Part shown: positions 36,720 to 49,994 of the stretch, one piece after another
Layout: every line of letters begins with the position of its first letter
How positions within the stretch are numbered: the first letter of the stretch is position 1
NCBI GenBank assembly: GCA_976226885.1
Contig: OZ320318.1
Coordinates: 806,001 to 870,000, forward strand
Source: Iphione sp. A-MEVVRFRX5
Lineage: Eukaryota
Length of the DNA stretch: 64,000 nt
Direction of reading: 5' to 3'
Notes under the pieces: model-generated
Seen by the model: only the letters and a program-made list of their open reading frames with translations
What the model was told of the DNA's origin: nothing
Databases searched by the model: none
Program-made: the position numbers and the translations under genes

Positions 36720-39617
36720 CCAGCAGGAAAAGCAACATTGAGACTAAGGCTGCTTCTACGCGCATGCTTTGACTTTCACATTGAAAATTGAAATCTGCTT
36801 AATTTTAAGGTGGGTCTGCATGACATAATGAGAAGCAGATGTGTATGGTGAGGAATGTACTATAAAAAGCTATTGGTTATGCATCCATTTGCATTACAAC
36901 CCGTCACAGACATGCGGTCAAATGCAACTGAATGCACAAGCAGGATAAACTGATGCATGTAAAAGAGCTAGTTGAATTTAATGTCCGCACGGTAATGCAG
37001 TCATGACAAGGGAAGCGGGAGCAATGGATACCTGTAAAACCCAGATTCGTTTGAATAGATTAAAATACCTTGAGATAATCAGTAGACAGAAAATCAATTA
37101 TTTAGTTTTTGATGAAGTCTGGCACTCATGAGAGCTCCTCCCCATGGCCGTACTACTTTCAGGCGATGTTTTATATAGGTAGTGTAAAGATACCTTTGCA
37201 CTTAGGCACAGTGTCTGCCTGTAGCTTCATACTTGTATAGATCCATAGTGTGGTGTGCATCATGATAGTATATTAGGGTGAATACAGGTGGTCACTGCAT
37301 GATATCCTCCACTGCTTTATACGGAAAATGTGTCCATTGTGCATCAGTCTATCAGAGATACGGATGGGAATGAATGATATTGATGGATCTGTCCATATAT
37401 AAACAGATTGATTCATGCTGTTGTTGTAGATGTAAGAGTATTGACCTAAAATGCCTTTTATAAACGAATTGATTCACTTTTGCCGCTAATACTAATCCCC
37501 CTCCCGCCTTCCTGCTAAGCCCCACAGTCGCGGGCCCCCCGTGCCGTGAGTTCTCCTCTAGTCGCCGTCTGTGGTGGCTCAGTGGTTGGTGGGTCGCGCT
37601 CGTTCACAATATTCTGCTCTAACTCCTAATCTGGTCGGCAGTAACCAAGGCAATCCCGCCTCCCCCCTCCCCCCCCTGCCCCCCAGAGAAACCCTGGGGA
37701 CTATTGTTTCTTATCGTTGGCCGTAGGATTCTCTGCCTGGGAGATGGGTGGTACGGGGGGCGGGAGGGAGGGGGTCGGGGGAGGGGTGGGGGGAGGGGGG
37801 CGGTGGGGAGGGGGGTTGCAGCTCTAGATTGAAGCCTCCCGGACGGGCCAGGGAGGATGAAGCTGACAGAATCTGCCCGGGTAAATATCAAATAGAAAGA
37901 GACAGGTTTGAAGCCAGAGAGGGAACGCCCCCCCCCCCCCAATCCTGTCATCTCCACCCCACGGAGACATGGTGGTAGGCGATGCCCAGAGAGGAGAGCG
38001 ACGAAATGACAGAATACCATTCAGATCTGTATAGATCACGGCCGAGCGAAAGCTTGATTTACTGAGGCGCGCGCCGAATTAGATGAAGCGAACTGGAGAC
38101 GAATGAGGCATAACGCCGGGTGCTGCCGAGAGAGGGCGCGGTTGGGCTATGTGGAGGGGGGCGGGGGGGTAGGGGGGGCCCACAGTGTCAGGAGGGATCC
38201 AACTTCCACAGCGTTCTGTACAAATAAGGGTGTATACTTTTACTATGTACGTATATGCTGACGGAGGGGGGGGGTCGACAATATGATACTGCGATTTATT
38301 CTACTGTGATTCTCTCATGAAGGCCAAAACAGTTTCTTAGAGGGTGTGTTAATCTATACTGCAAGTGCTCTTAGCTTAGTGCATAAAAAAGGAACAAATT
38401 ACAGAATTGTTACATGCTAATTTCATACTGCGATAAAAAGGTATGTGATCATCCAAGGCAGATTCTATCAATAATATAACATCTCAGTGAACGAATCACT
38501 GGACAGGTAGGAAATCAGTTAGGGGAAATTAGGGGAAGACCATCATTAACTAAGGTCATCTATGTGTGGACGATATCTGTTATATGAATATATTTAACAA
38601 CAGTATCTCAGCAAATAAAGCTACAGAAATGGTTAGGAGGATCCAGCCATCAGAGATAAGTACGATGTCCCAGGTTTCAGTTCTGGGTCAGTTCTGTGTG
38701 TGGGGATGTGAGACAGGGAATGAGAGACATGCTTGTAAATGATTCTTTTATATGACCTCTTATGTTACCAGGCGACCTGGCTGGGAGGGAGGTGTGACCT
38801 TTGAGCAGGTTCTTCATCGGGATGGATGTACGCAGGAAAGGGTTAACTGGATAAGTACGGGGTTTTGCCTGGATTGGAGAAGCAGGTTATGGTGATACAT
38901 TGGAGAGAAGGGAGGTGGAGGTGAGTGGTGGAGGGAGCTGGGGTCGACATGCTACTCCATCTTGAAATGGGTTTCACATTGTGCTGCCGGCAGTAGTAGT
39001 GATTAGAGGAAGGGGGAGGGGGTGGGAGAGAGGATGGTGGGGCGGGATGGGGGGTTCTCCGGGGGATAATGTAGTTAGGAGGTGGGCACGGGTTGATGGA
39101 AGGAGTGAGGGAATGGACATGAATTGAGGAATATATCAAATGAGGAATGAGGAGGATGAACGCCATGNNNNNNNNNNNNNNNNNNNNNNNNNNNNNNNNN
39201 NNNNNNNNNNNNNNNNNNNNNNNNNNNNNNNNNNNNNNNNNNNNNNNNNNNNNNNNNNNNNNNNNNNNNNNNNNNNNNNNNNNNNNNNNNNNNNNNNNNN
39301 NNNNNNNNNNNNNNNNNNNNNNNNNNNNNNNNNNNNNNNNNNNNNNNNNNNNNNNNNNNNNNNNNNNAAAAAAGGCCGAAGAGGCAACGAAGAAGGAGAA
39401 GAAGAGGAACAATAGAAGGACTACGAGAAGGAAAAAAAAAAGGGTTTAAAATACAACACAATGTGAGAGCAATACATGTGGACAACCACACACACGCGCA
39501 CAACCACACACACACACACCCTCAAACGCCCACAGGGACAGTGGGAGAGGTAAAGAGGGAGGAGGCTGATGGAGGTGAACATGCAGAAAGAGGCGTATTC
39601 AGTCAGCCCTGGTATGG

Positions 39618-39664
<47 letters not shown>

Positions 39665-39826
39665 AGTGTGTGTGTGTGGGAGGGGGTGGGGGGGGGTGAA
39701 CTGAAGTACTTGAGCTCGGATGGTCACCGCCTCCTCCTCCTCATTTGTCAGCGTCAATCTGGCAGCGCCCTCTACCGGGGCCTAATCTGACCAACTTAAT
39801 AACAAGACGGGGCGGCGGGCCGCGCG

Positions 39827-39842
39827 TCCGCCAGGGGGCGCC
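39827..39842 (+). promoter_or_regulatory. CTCF-like motif
   Basis: GTCCGCCAGGGGGCGCC in a CpG-rich patch. Confidence 0.5.
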
Positions 39843-40289
39843 TGTTATCATTCAGCGCGTGTACGCAGCGTTCCGGCGAGCGATAATAGAGGCAGCCAGC
39901 AACCCAAGCAACGCCCAACGGCACACCCCTCCACCTCCTTCTCCACTCCCCCTCCTCCTCCTCCTCCTCCTCCTCCTCCTCCTCTTCCTCTTCCTCCTCC
40001 TCCTCCCCCTCCCCCTCCACCTCCTCCTCCTGCTCTTCTTCTTCCTCCCCTCCTCCTCGTCCTCCCCCTCGTCCTCTCTCTCCTCCTCCCCTCCTCCTCC
40101 TCTCCTGCTGTCCCAACATCTCATATCAGCTACTTACACTTACACATGATTCCTCTTTCCCTCTTACCAGTCCACTCACTGTGTCTTGCCTCATGCCATA
40201 TTCCACCCCCCCCCCCTCCAAAACTACCCATCTTCCCTATACCTCCATATCCAGCTTATAACCATTGAGTCTCCACAACTCTCCACCTA

Positions 40290-41010
40290 TATAACTACAC
40301 AGTCTCCCGAACCTCCACATTTATAGCCACCCAGTCTCCCAAACCTCCACATTTATAACCACCTAGTCTCTCAAACCTCCACACCTTTATAATAGATCAA
40401 ACCTTTATGTCTAAAACCACCCTCTCCTGTAAACCAACACCCCCATTTCCAACCGGTCTCCCCAGCCTCCACCATTATAACGATGGAAACCCCCACAACT
40501 ATAACCACCTGGTCTCCCCAACCTCCACCATTATAACCATGGAAACCTCTAACTTTATAACCATCTGGTCTCCCCAACCTCCACCATTATAACCATGGAA
40601 ACCTCTACCTTTATAACCATCTGGTCTACCTAATCCCCACCATTATAACCATGGAAACCTCCACCTTTATAACCACCTGGTCTCCCCAACCTCCACCATT
40701 ATAACGATGGAAACCTCTACCTTGATAACTACCGAGTCTCCCCAACCTCCACCATTATAACGATGGAAACCTCTAACTTTATAACCATCTGGTCTCCCCA
40801 ACCTCCACCATTATTATCATGGAAACCTCTACCTTTATAGCCATCTGGTCTACCTAACCTCCACCATTATAACCATGGAAACCTCTACCTTTATAACTAC
40901 CCAGTCTCCCCAACCTCCACAATTATTACCATGGAAACCTCTACCTTTATAACCATCTGGTCTACCTAATCCCCACCATTATAACCATGGAAACCTCTAC
41001 CTTTATAACC
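40290..41010. repeat. 56-bp minisatellite
   Basis: TATAACCATGGAAACCTCTACCTTTATAACCATCTGGTCTCCCCAACCTCCACCAT. CCATGG anchors at 40537 and 40593. Confidence 0.93.
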
Positions 41011-41082
41011 ACCCACCATCTACCCTGTCTCCACCCCACGTATTCAATGAATTTTGGACACACACTGAGCAGACCCCCTGTT

Positions 41083-41096
41083 GTTACCATGGGAAC
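41083..41096. promoter_or_regulatory. RFX X-box-like motif at the edge of a CpG-rich patch
   Basis: GTTACCATGGGAAC, two mismatches from the palindrome GTTGCCATGGCAAC. Confidence 0.35.
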
Positions 41097-42119
41097 GTGA
41101 CGACATACGATGGTGACCCCGGATTTCTCCTCTTCGTCTTCCTTGCTAGTCGCCTTGGCTTCCGGAACCCAGCGGTGTTCCTTGATGGATTGACGTATTT
41201 AGCGTTGTTTTCCTAATCAACATGACATCAAATGACTGCTGAAAGTCGCCCTGAGGGTCGAAGAAACCCGAATTTCTACATATATCTCATTGCATTTATC
41301 ACAATAATGATCTATTTAATTGCATTAATCGCATTTGGAAGGGGTGAAAATTGTTCCAATAAAGAGTTTTCTAAAAACAAATCCTACAATAAAGCCTCTA
41401 TAATGCAAATAGAAATAGAATTGGGATTTGATTAGAATTAACCATTAATTACATATTATCATAAGAAGCTTCACTTCTCCAGTCAGGTTGGCCTGTGAAA
41501 ATACGTGCCTCCATGTCATAGGCGTATCTTTCACATTTTGTCTTGTATATGTTTATATATGACTTATTGCTGTCCTTTTTCTATATCTGTTAAAATCTCT
41601 TAATTTTTACAGCTGTCTCAACAACAAATGCCTTGCGCTTACATTATCAAAAAGATAAAGATGGTCGTTTACTGTGTTTGAATAGGTTTGGGGTGTGGTC
41701 CAGTTTTACTTGTGGGCAGCATTTATACCCAGGACGGTTAAACGTCTCTCCAGGTAGAGATGTGGTCATGGATACCCCCCCCCCCCACTGAATCTCCAAC
41801 GAAGCTGCCATTCTGCACAGCTTTTGTGGCCTGAAGCCATATTTTACTCACCTGTTCTAACAAGAACTGATTGAAAAGCACTGAGATCAGTGAAAATATA
41901 TACTTTCACATGGAGAAAAGATTCGGTTTATAAACTTTATGAAACTAAATAACTATAGAAATTCACGAATTATCTTATACAGCATACATCTAGTGTATTA
42001 AAGCGTTACGTGTACAGCAATAAGGTGATTTTATGTGACAGGATGTGGATATACGTCACCGTAGCCAGTGTCAGCCTATAAGAGTACGTGCTCCGCCATG
42101 AGACTGTCCCGCAGCATCG

Positions 42120-42300
42120 AGCGTAAACGTTGGTGATTGGTTGGTTCTCTGATCGGCGCAGGTCGAAGGTCGTCACCTCCTGTCATGTGACATCGGGGCC
42201 ATGTCATGTGACGGCCAGAGGTGGAGGTCCTAGAAACCGACGCTAGAGGTCAGGTCATCCGACGGGGGAGCGGGCAGCGGTCGCCAGAGGGAGCCTGCAG
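42120..42300. promoter_or_regulatory. CpG-rich regulatory patch with CCAAT, twin E-boxes and a CTCF-like motif
   Basis: GATTGG at ~42135, TGTCATGTGAC at 42181-42191 and 42202-42212 (21 bp apart), and TCGCCAGAGGGAGCC at 42281-42295. Confidence 0.45.
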
Positions 42301-45300
42301 GCGATGGGGGGGGGCAACTGCTGGTTGAGAATTCTCTTTTATATCCTCCTCGGCCAGCGAGGTGAGCGAGCCTCTGTAGAGTGAACGGAACGGGGAAAAC
42401 GTCCTGTTACGTTGGGGGCGGAAAATTACTGACCAGCGTTCATGTCACGTTCAGAACAATTTCTAATATGAATGTAGTTTTTTTGTGAGACGAGGAGGTA
42501 TTTTATACTATGGACAGAGGGCGCTCCGTACAGTATGTGCAGTATGTACAGCAACATAGCCATTATAGTTATTACACAACACTCCCAGTTCTATCCTCCC
42601 CTTTCTTGTTCTTAAAGTAAATGCACTTAATAGCTTAAATAGAAAGATCATTAGAAGCTTGAGCATGGGTTTCCTTTCCTTAAGGCATATAGGCGATAGG
42701 GACGAATAGATATATAATCGAACTGAGCGCGAGCAATTAAAGGGAGGGACAATATATGAGATATAAACTCATTTAAAATCCTGTATCACCCGCTCTTGAC
42801 CTTCATTTTATGATACTGACGGTTGACACATGAATAAAACTGAAATATGTATAAGCGGCAATGACTCGGATCATATGAGATATCTGATTAACAGGATCGC
42901 CAAGCCCCTCGTCATCAATCAAAGGGTTAAGAAGGACAAGCAGTTCATTTCTCCTACTCAACCACTTTTCAATGTTCATATTCTGATGAGCGATAATACA
43001 GTAGTTTAGGAATGAGCGTCTCTCCTCTGACGTCGCTTGGAGGATCAGACAAAAACAGCGGCGTTTCATTGCGCCGTAAAGAAGAGCATTAGTTCGGTGG
43101 TCGCCGTACAGTATTGTATTCGAAGTCTGTAAAAGGAAGCCAGACAAAGGGATGTTTTTCTAACGCGAGCCGAGAAGGAGGGAGAAGGTAATAACAGATA
43201 TTTAAACACACGGGCGACGTAACGGGAGCGGCAAGCAACTGATGCAAACACACCGACCGACTTTCCTGTAAGAAATACGTGTTTGCTGTTACACATCGAA
43301 ACAAACAGACGTAAATGTTCAACCTTGTTACTCTATACACACACAATGTTTGCGGAGGCCTACATCACAGACGTACTCCTGCATGGANNNNNNNNNNNNN
43401 NNNNNNNNNNNNNNNNNNNNNNNNNNNNNNNNNNNNNNNNNNNNNNNNNNNNNNNNNNNNNNNNNNNNNNNNNNNNNNNNNNNNNNNNNNNNNNNNNNNN
43501 NNNNNNNNNNNNNNNNNNNNNNNNNNNNNNNNNNNNNNNNNNNNNNNNNNNNNNNNNNNNNNNNNNNNNNNNNNNNNNNNNNNNNNNNNNNNNNNNNNNN
43601 NNNNNNNNNNNNNNNNNNNNNNNNNNNNNNNNNNNNNNNNNNNNNNNNNNNNNNNNNNNNNNNNNNNNNNNNNNNNNNNNNNNNNNNNNNNNNNNNNNNN
43701 NNNNNNNNNNNNNNNNNNNNGGCAGGAGGAGGAGAGAGGAGGAGGCNNNNNNNNNNNNNNNNNNNNNNNNNNNNNNNNNNNNNNNNNNNNNNNNNNNNNN
43801 NNNNNNNNNNNNNNNNNNNNNNNNNNNNNNNNNNNNNNNNNNNNNNNNNNNNNNNNNNNNNNNNNNNNNNNNNNNNNNNNNNNNNNNNNNNNNNNNNNNN
43901 NNNNNNNNNNTAAATAGGAAGAACAGGAGTGGCTGAAAGACCGCGATAGACAATACCAGAAGAGAGTAAACCCGTAGAGAATTGAAGAGACAGAAGGCGA
44001 GGCAAAAAAAAACCAGCGGCAAGTCAAAGAAGCCATTCAGTCTGAAGCCATTATGGGCGCGAATGAGCAGCGGCTGAAGGAGCCGGCCGGTCGGCCGTGC
44101 TCGGGTGGAGCTTTATTTATATTCCACCCACGGTCAGTCTCCCCCACCGGTCGCTTTGTGGGCCGGGCTGGCGGCCAAGTGGGCTTCTGTCACAGAAGAC
44201 TAATGTCAGCGACCTCCGCCGGGGGGAGCGCATGAAGGGTAGATCACGTGACAGTTCTGTGTCAGCGCCTGGGCGGCGGTGTCCCCGGACCTCCTACTAC
44301 ACACACATACACACACACTCTGACAGTTACTACCCCCTCCCACTCTAGCACCCGCCCTCCCAGTCATTCACTTCCTGCTCCTTCACAAAGACCGTAGCAG
44401 ATTCAATTGCAAATGATGTCCTTTTGTTACCTTTCCACATCAAAAAGACAAATGTTTATGTAGTAGTTTAGGATTTGTGAGAAAAAAAATCCAGAAATGT
44501 CAACACACCTTTATTTTATATAAAAATGAAGTTCATAACCTATTATCAAACACCTAACAATTCCTGTCATACTAGATCCACTAAAATGTAACAATTTCCC
44601 GTTTTACGGGCAATAACTGAAGATTGCCAGTCCCTGTTTATATGACCTTGTTTCTCACTAAGGAAGTCGTACCTCTGTAACCTTGAGATCCTTATCAATA
44701 TTTTGACACCGAGAAAGGCGCTGTTTTCTAATACACGAGAGAGCATCCATCATACGTTATGCACATTTTTACGTGTATAAGAAGACAGGGGAAGATAGGA
44801 CGTGATAAAGATAGAGAGAACACATTTCAGGAGCATGAGGAGCCGGAGTGGGAGGAAGAGAGGGAGGAGGTGGAGGGGTAACAAAAGGAGGAGGAGAAGG
44901 AGGAGAAGCAGGAGGGGGAGGAAGAAACAGGAGGAGGAGGAAGAGGAGAAGGGCATGAATAGGAGGAGGGGAGGAGGAGGGAATAAAGAGGAAGAGGAGG
45001 AGGAGGAGCAGGAGAAGGAGGATGGAGCAGGAGCAGGAGGAAGAGGAGGAGTAAGGGGAGGAGGAGCGTGTTAACGAGGCCTCTGTGTCTGGCGGTGACC
45101 ACCATCCGCTACCATCAGTCTCCGGCCCACAGGCTTAGATATGGACACTAATATATAGACATAAATATATGTCTATAAGGGGGGGGTCGTGGCTAGTTCT
45201 CCTCCCTACTGAATAAATATATATCTTTATATCAGCGGCTGAGATGGTCCCCATCGCGTAGACGGCTTTATATCCGCCTCGTCCTTCCCCAACCAACCGC

Positions 45301-45919
45301 TCATTCCCAAGCCTTGCTCAAGTTAACCGTGAGAACCCTGTAATGACAACAGGTTGCTAGCATGTGTTATCACTCACTGAGTGGAAAGATCCTTCTACCT
45401 GCCGGGAATTCCAGTGGTGTGAGATCTGTTGTTGATGCACTGAAAAATGCTTGTCTAACCTCACTTTACACCTGATTTGTTGTGGTCAGATGTAAGTAGG
45501 GCGGATTATATAAAAGCAAGGAAACCTGATTAACATATTTACGTTTGCTGGAACCTTATTCGTGTATGGGCCTTTTTCAAACATTATTTCAAACTACAAA
45601 GGCTATAATACCCATCAGAACTTCATGATAATGTAAGTTCATATACATGGTTGATAGGCAAATGCGGCTGAATTTGCTGGAAACAGAATATTCGCACTGG
45701 AATCATGGTTCACTATCAGGAAAACCATCACCCCGACAACGTCGGTGCCTCTTCTTGTGCTCGAGATAATTTTGGTACGTCGAGTAACAACACAGGCACT
45801 AGCAATACGACCAATGTAGCGCATTCAGAACAAACTGCCTTCCCAGAGACAATGTACAAAATCTCATATGTACTGTGCTGGAAGTGGGTTGGGACGTCAC
45901 CAGTTGTAGATAGAATAAC

Positions 45920-46250
45920 ACCTCATCTGCTGTACCCTCACAACTATGGTCAACTGGCTACTGCGGCCATCTTTATAATGTTTATATACAGGGAGAGACA
46001 ATGTACAATCACTCACACTGCACTGGAAGTGAGCGGGGACATCAATCATGGAGAATCACCTCATCTGGTGCACCCTCAGAACTACGGTCAACTGGCTACT
46101 GCGGCCATCTTTATAATGTTTATATACAGGGAGAGACAATGTACAATCACTCACACTGCACTGGAAGTGAGCGGGGACATCAATCATGGAGAATCACCTC
46201 ATCTGCTGCACCCTCAGAACTACGGTCAACAGGTTACTGCGGCCATCTTT
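45920..46250. repeat. 138-bp tandem repeat, ~2.4 copies
   Basis: CTGCGGCCATCTTT anchors at 45961 and 46099, with a third partial copy near 46237. Confidence 0.93.
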
Positions 46251-46896
46251 AGCTCGGAGTGGCGGGTGACCATATTGTCGAGGTTGTACTGTATGTTGCC
46301 TTTATCATAGTCCTCCCACATTATACAAACATTCACTTTACAAAGTGTCCTCATACTGACCCATTTCATACAAACGCACTCATCATAGACTCTCGTATTT
46401 AAACAAAGGTCTGCACTGAATGACAGAAAACGCACTTAGTTCAGATAACGTGGGCAGACTGTAGTAGCTTTCCTTATTTCCAGTAGTTGATTAATGTTCT
46501 GTTAAATTCCCATCCTGAGTCAAACGTCATCCAGGAAACCTGGTTTTTCCATCTAATTCCCCTTCTCTCCATTAATTCCCCTTCTATTTCTCCTCAGTCT
46601 GCGCTCTCCTCCCTCCCACCCCCGTCCCTCCCCCCGTTCTTTAGGACTTTCCTACTCTGAATCTAATTCTCCACAAAGCGCCTCAGCAGATCCAGTATAC
46701 AAAACATCGCGCCAGTCAATCTCCAACACAGGGCCCCCTCACCACGGCTGCCCCTTCATCTCCGGCTGAGGTCACTGTGATGGTGTTCGTGATGTCGGTG
46801 GTGCTGGTTGCGGTGTTGGCTTCCCCCCCCCCCCGCCACCCTTCAGATATTCATGTGGCTTCCTTGTGGCTTCTTATACAAGCTGAGAGGGCTTAC

Positions 46897-46944
46897 TGAT
46901 CTCCGCATAGCTTCTGACGCTCATGAAGGCAAACGTAGTCTTCT
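46897..46944 (-). CDS. Candidate 48-bp symmetric internal exon of an unidentified host gene
   Basis: Minus strand: TTTTGTCCACCAG|AGAAGACTAC...GGAGATCA|GTAAGC. Two frames are open (KTTFAFMSVRSYAEI or EDYVCLHERQKLCGD). No homology recognised. Confidence 0.2.
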
Positions 46945-47652
46945 CTGGTGGACAAAATAGGACCATTAGGATGACAACCTCCCTCACTGCATCAAGGCAT
47001 ATGCATATACAAACATATTAATATATAGAAGGACAGGTTTGGCTGGTACTTATGGTAGGGAGAAGTCTGGCAGGTATTAATGGTATATTTTCCACAATCT
47101 GACAAAGTCAGGTAGTAAGGCGATAAACATACGATCACAGGTCATTCTGTATGAAGTGAAGGGACTGTATCCATGAATAAGTAATTTAATTGCAAAACTA
47201 TTAACTGCTTTTTGATAAATAGTGACAATAAAAGATTCAAGGCCGAGTGAAAGTTCACATTAGAACTATTCTATTCAGACCGCATTAATAAGATGCACAA
47301 CTACCAAAAGGATATAAAACAAACTTTAACAATGTAATGTACGTGTACGGTGATAATAATGAAATATATCGTGCTTGATGATAATAAACAGCTCTAAAGG
47401 AATGTAGACTATTCTGACCCTCGGACAAGCACGTGATGGACCTTGGGATCACGTGAGTGTAAGTTTGGTCTTTGCTCATATAACGCCTCATAATAACTAA
47501 GTATTTAGTGGGGAGTGGCTTCGCATGATACCGGGGCTTGATGGGAGTGTTTTAATTGTTGCCAGGAGCGCCCTTTACTTGGCCACAGGTACACTAAAAT
47601 CGAACTGGGAGCTGCTGAACTAGCTTAATGGTTACTAACCACACGAAGCTAG

Positions 47653-47670
47653 CACCGCCATCTGGTGGCG
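47653..47670 (-). promoter_or_regulatory. Strong CTCF-like motif
   Basis: The minus strand reads CGCCACCAGATGGCGGTG. Confidence 0.55.
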
Positions 47671-49687
47671 ATAGCCTGCAGTTAAACGAGGGACGCTCGT
47701 AGTTTAATTCCGATCTATGTCAGGGACGTGTCCAGCTTCCCACTGGCTTTATTTATTTCTAACAGTCGGACATATTTTTTGCTGATCATGCATTCTATTT
47801 AAATCCTTGTTGTAATAAAACCATATCCGATGGCGTTTTCTGCCTTCCTAATCCATTCGTTTCGACCCTCTACGCCCGGTTTTTGCCTTTCATTATATTT
47901 CTTTTGTCACCTCACGATGATTAAGGGATCGTTATGTAAGTATTCTTCGTGAAGTGTATAAATGAACACGTGCTCTTTTGAAAAAAATAGACTTCTCCGC
48001 AGTTTTATTACTGACGACGTGACAAACTCGTGTTAAGTCATATCGCGTAGGGATCAGGAAAAGAACTAAACTCAGAAGTAGTAAAACGGTAGCGTATTAT
48101 AGGTTTATTGAACCAATCAAATGAGAGGAAATGAGGTCAGATTATAATTTACTCAAAGCTATTATAGAATACGTGTTTAATGAGGTGTATTTAAAAGTCA
48201 AGGTACCAGATTACAGCGTTTTGCAGGTTTTGCCTCAGGGGATACCTACCTCTGATATTTTTTAAAATTCTCCCTCTCTTTATCTGAGTATGTCCTCGCC
48301 ATACCTTCCCCGCTTCTGTGGATGTCCCTGTTTCTAATTTCTGCCTCCTTTTCTGGGCTGTATTTCTCTCCTTCCTCCCTTTCTGTTTTCTTTCTGAATC
48401 CCTGTCTCCACTCTCTTTCCTCTCTCTCTATGCCTCTTCCTGCTGTCTCTCTCACTTGTTCCCGCTCCCTCCTCTCCCTCGTATTCTATCCCTTTGTCCT
48501 TCTTCTTCCTTTCCGTCTCTCTGTGTCTCTCTCTGTTTCTCTCTGTCTCACTCTCTTCCCCCTTCTCCCTCTCCTTCCTTTACCTCTCTGAGCTCTCTAG
48601 CCCTGTCTCTCCTCCTCCCTCTCGCTCTCTATCGCGATCATTACCCAGTCCTTTGACTCCCTAGTACACGTGTCTGTGTCATCCCCTCCACCTTAGCAGT
48701 ATCTGATCTTAAGCCGGTGTCATCTGCACTGCAGTTGTAAGTAAGTCGGTTGATTATTGCCTGGCAGGACCCACCTCCCCATAATAGATGTCCAGGCCAC
48801 CCACGCACCTGGGCGCTGTATACACACAGACACACAGACATCCCTCAAGGAGGCACAGACAGAAGGATATGTTAGAATNNNNNNNNNNNNNNNNNNNNNN
48901 NNNNNNNNNNNNNNNNNNNNNNNNNNNNNNNNNNNNNNNNNNNNNNNNNNNNNNNNNNNNNNNNNNNNNNNNNNNNNNNNNNNNNNNNNNNNNNNNNNNN
49001 NNNNNNNNNNNNNNNNNNNNNNNNNNNNNNNNNNNNNTGGACATATTGCACGGCTTCCCGCATTCTTTCTCGTGAAACCAATTGACCTATAACCACCGAC
49101 CACCAGCAGCACCGCACCCCAACCATTATCCTCACCCCCATCACACCTACAACCACTGGCAGGAGCTCCGTGACCTCGCCCTCTGACCCCTGACCCCTGC
49201 TTCCGGGAAGTGGGGGGCGCCAATCAGGTTGCTGACATTCATCCCAACCCACAAACCCACCCTTTAAGTGTAGACATATATAGTACACTGGGGGCTCTTC
49301 CTTCCTTTATAGATAAGGCTCGGTTTCTATTTAAGTGTGTATGTGTGGCTGTGTTTGTGCAGCTCTTTCCGATTATCCTTTTTTAATCCGCTAACTGCTG
49401 CATAGACACTGTGAAGCATATTTTCACTATATTTAGGTTTTTACATGTCTACCCCCAATGAAAGTAAAAAAAAAACGTGCTGAAACATGCATCACTTTCA
49501 TGGCAAAATAGGGCATGTTCCTTTCTGAAAGCGTGGCACACACATACACGTTATATATGATATAGTGTACACACACATGTACACACTCACATATATTCAT
49601 ATATTCCAAAACACATGCTGCAAACACACCTACAACCAGCCTGCATGGAAACCGAACCGACTGGGATTTTGTATTATTCAATAGTTA

Positions 49688-49994
49688 AGCCATGTTCACA
49701 TATAACTGGATGAAAATCCATCTCCGGACGTGGGTGCGGATGATACTCCCTGCTGAGATGGTTGTTAATTGCTTTTACATGGGTAGCAGATGTCTTTTAC
49801 CATTGTGTTCTATGGAATTTGGGTCCGGGTCCGGAGAAAACCCATCCCAGATGGTTTGTCATCTGCAGCCGTGTCCAGACACGGATATGTCAGTCTGTAT
49901 GTGAATGCCTATTATGGGAACACCACGCTGGTTAAATATCTGTCCCAGTGTACGGGTGTGGTCCATAAAAATCAGGATGCATGAGAACAACCCC
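49688..49994. mobile_element. PIF/Harbinger-type MITE, family A, degenerate
   Basis: TTA|AGCCATGTTCACAT ... CATGAGAACAACCCC|TTA. Length 307 bp. Internal AACCCATCCCAGATGGTTTGTCATC. Confidence 0.75.

Larger units (their letters stand above)
118..49037. other. 13 N-runs (gaps or hard-masked low-complexity tracts)
   Basis: N-runs at 118-294, 2330-2527, 2571-2770, 17628-17866, 20996-21128, 21583-22006, 23317-23484, 30105-30268, 30344-30494, 39168-39367, 43388-43720, 43747-43910 and 48879-49037. Lengths vary and most abut CT/GA or C-rich simple repeats. ORFs crossing them are artefacts. Confidence 0.95.

Noticed and set aside
36295-36765. Val-Thr, His-Cys and Ser-Leu dipeptide-repeat ORFs
   Set aside because: All are frames of the (GTGACA)n microsatellite.
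13765-37600. TGGCTCAGTGG A-box-like motifs (~13767, ~37575) as tRNA genes or SINEs
   Set aside because: There is no B-box (GGTTCGANNC) or cloverleaf downstream. No tRNA or rRNA was found in the window.
41124-41212. Minus-strand segment ending at a CATC|GTATGT donor
   Set aside because: Two frames are equally plausible, the acceptor is uncertain and no homology was recognised.
42803-43147. 114-aa minus-strand ORF with protein-like composition
   Set aside because: It has an alternative start only, no convincing splice sites and no recognised motif.
44750-45105. Poly-Glu/Arg ORFs (also 39745-40149)
   Set aside because: They are GAG/GGA trinucleotide repeat tracts.
45658-46310. 201-aa ORF with a 46-aa repeat, and a 117-bp candidate exon (45658-45774)
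   Set aside because: The repeat part is the 138-bp tandem array, which is open in several frames. The exon candidate has a poor polypyrimidine tract and no recognised homology.
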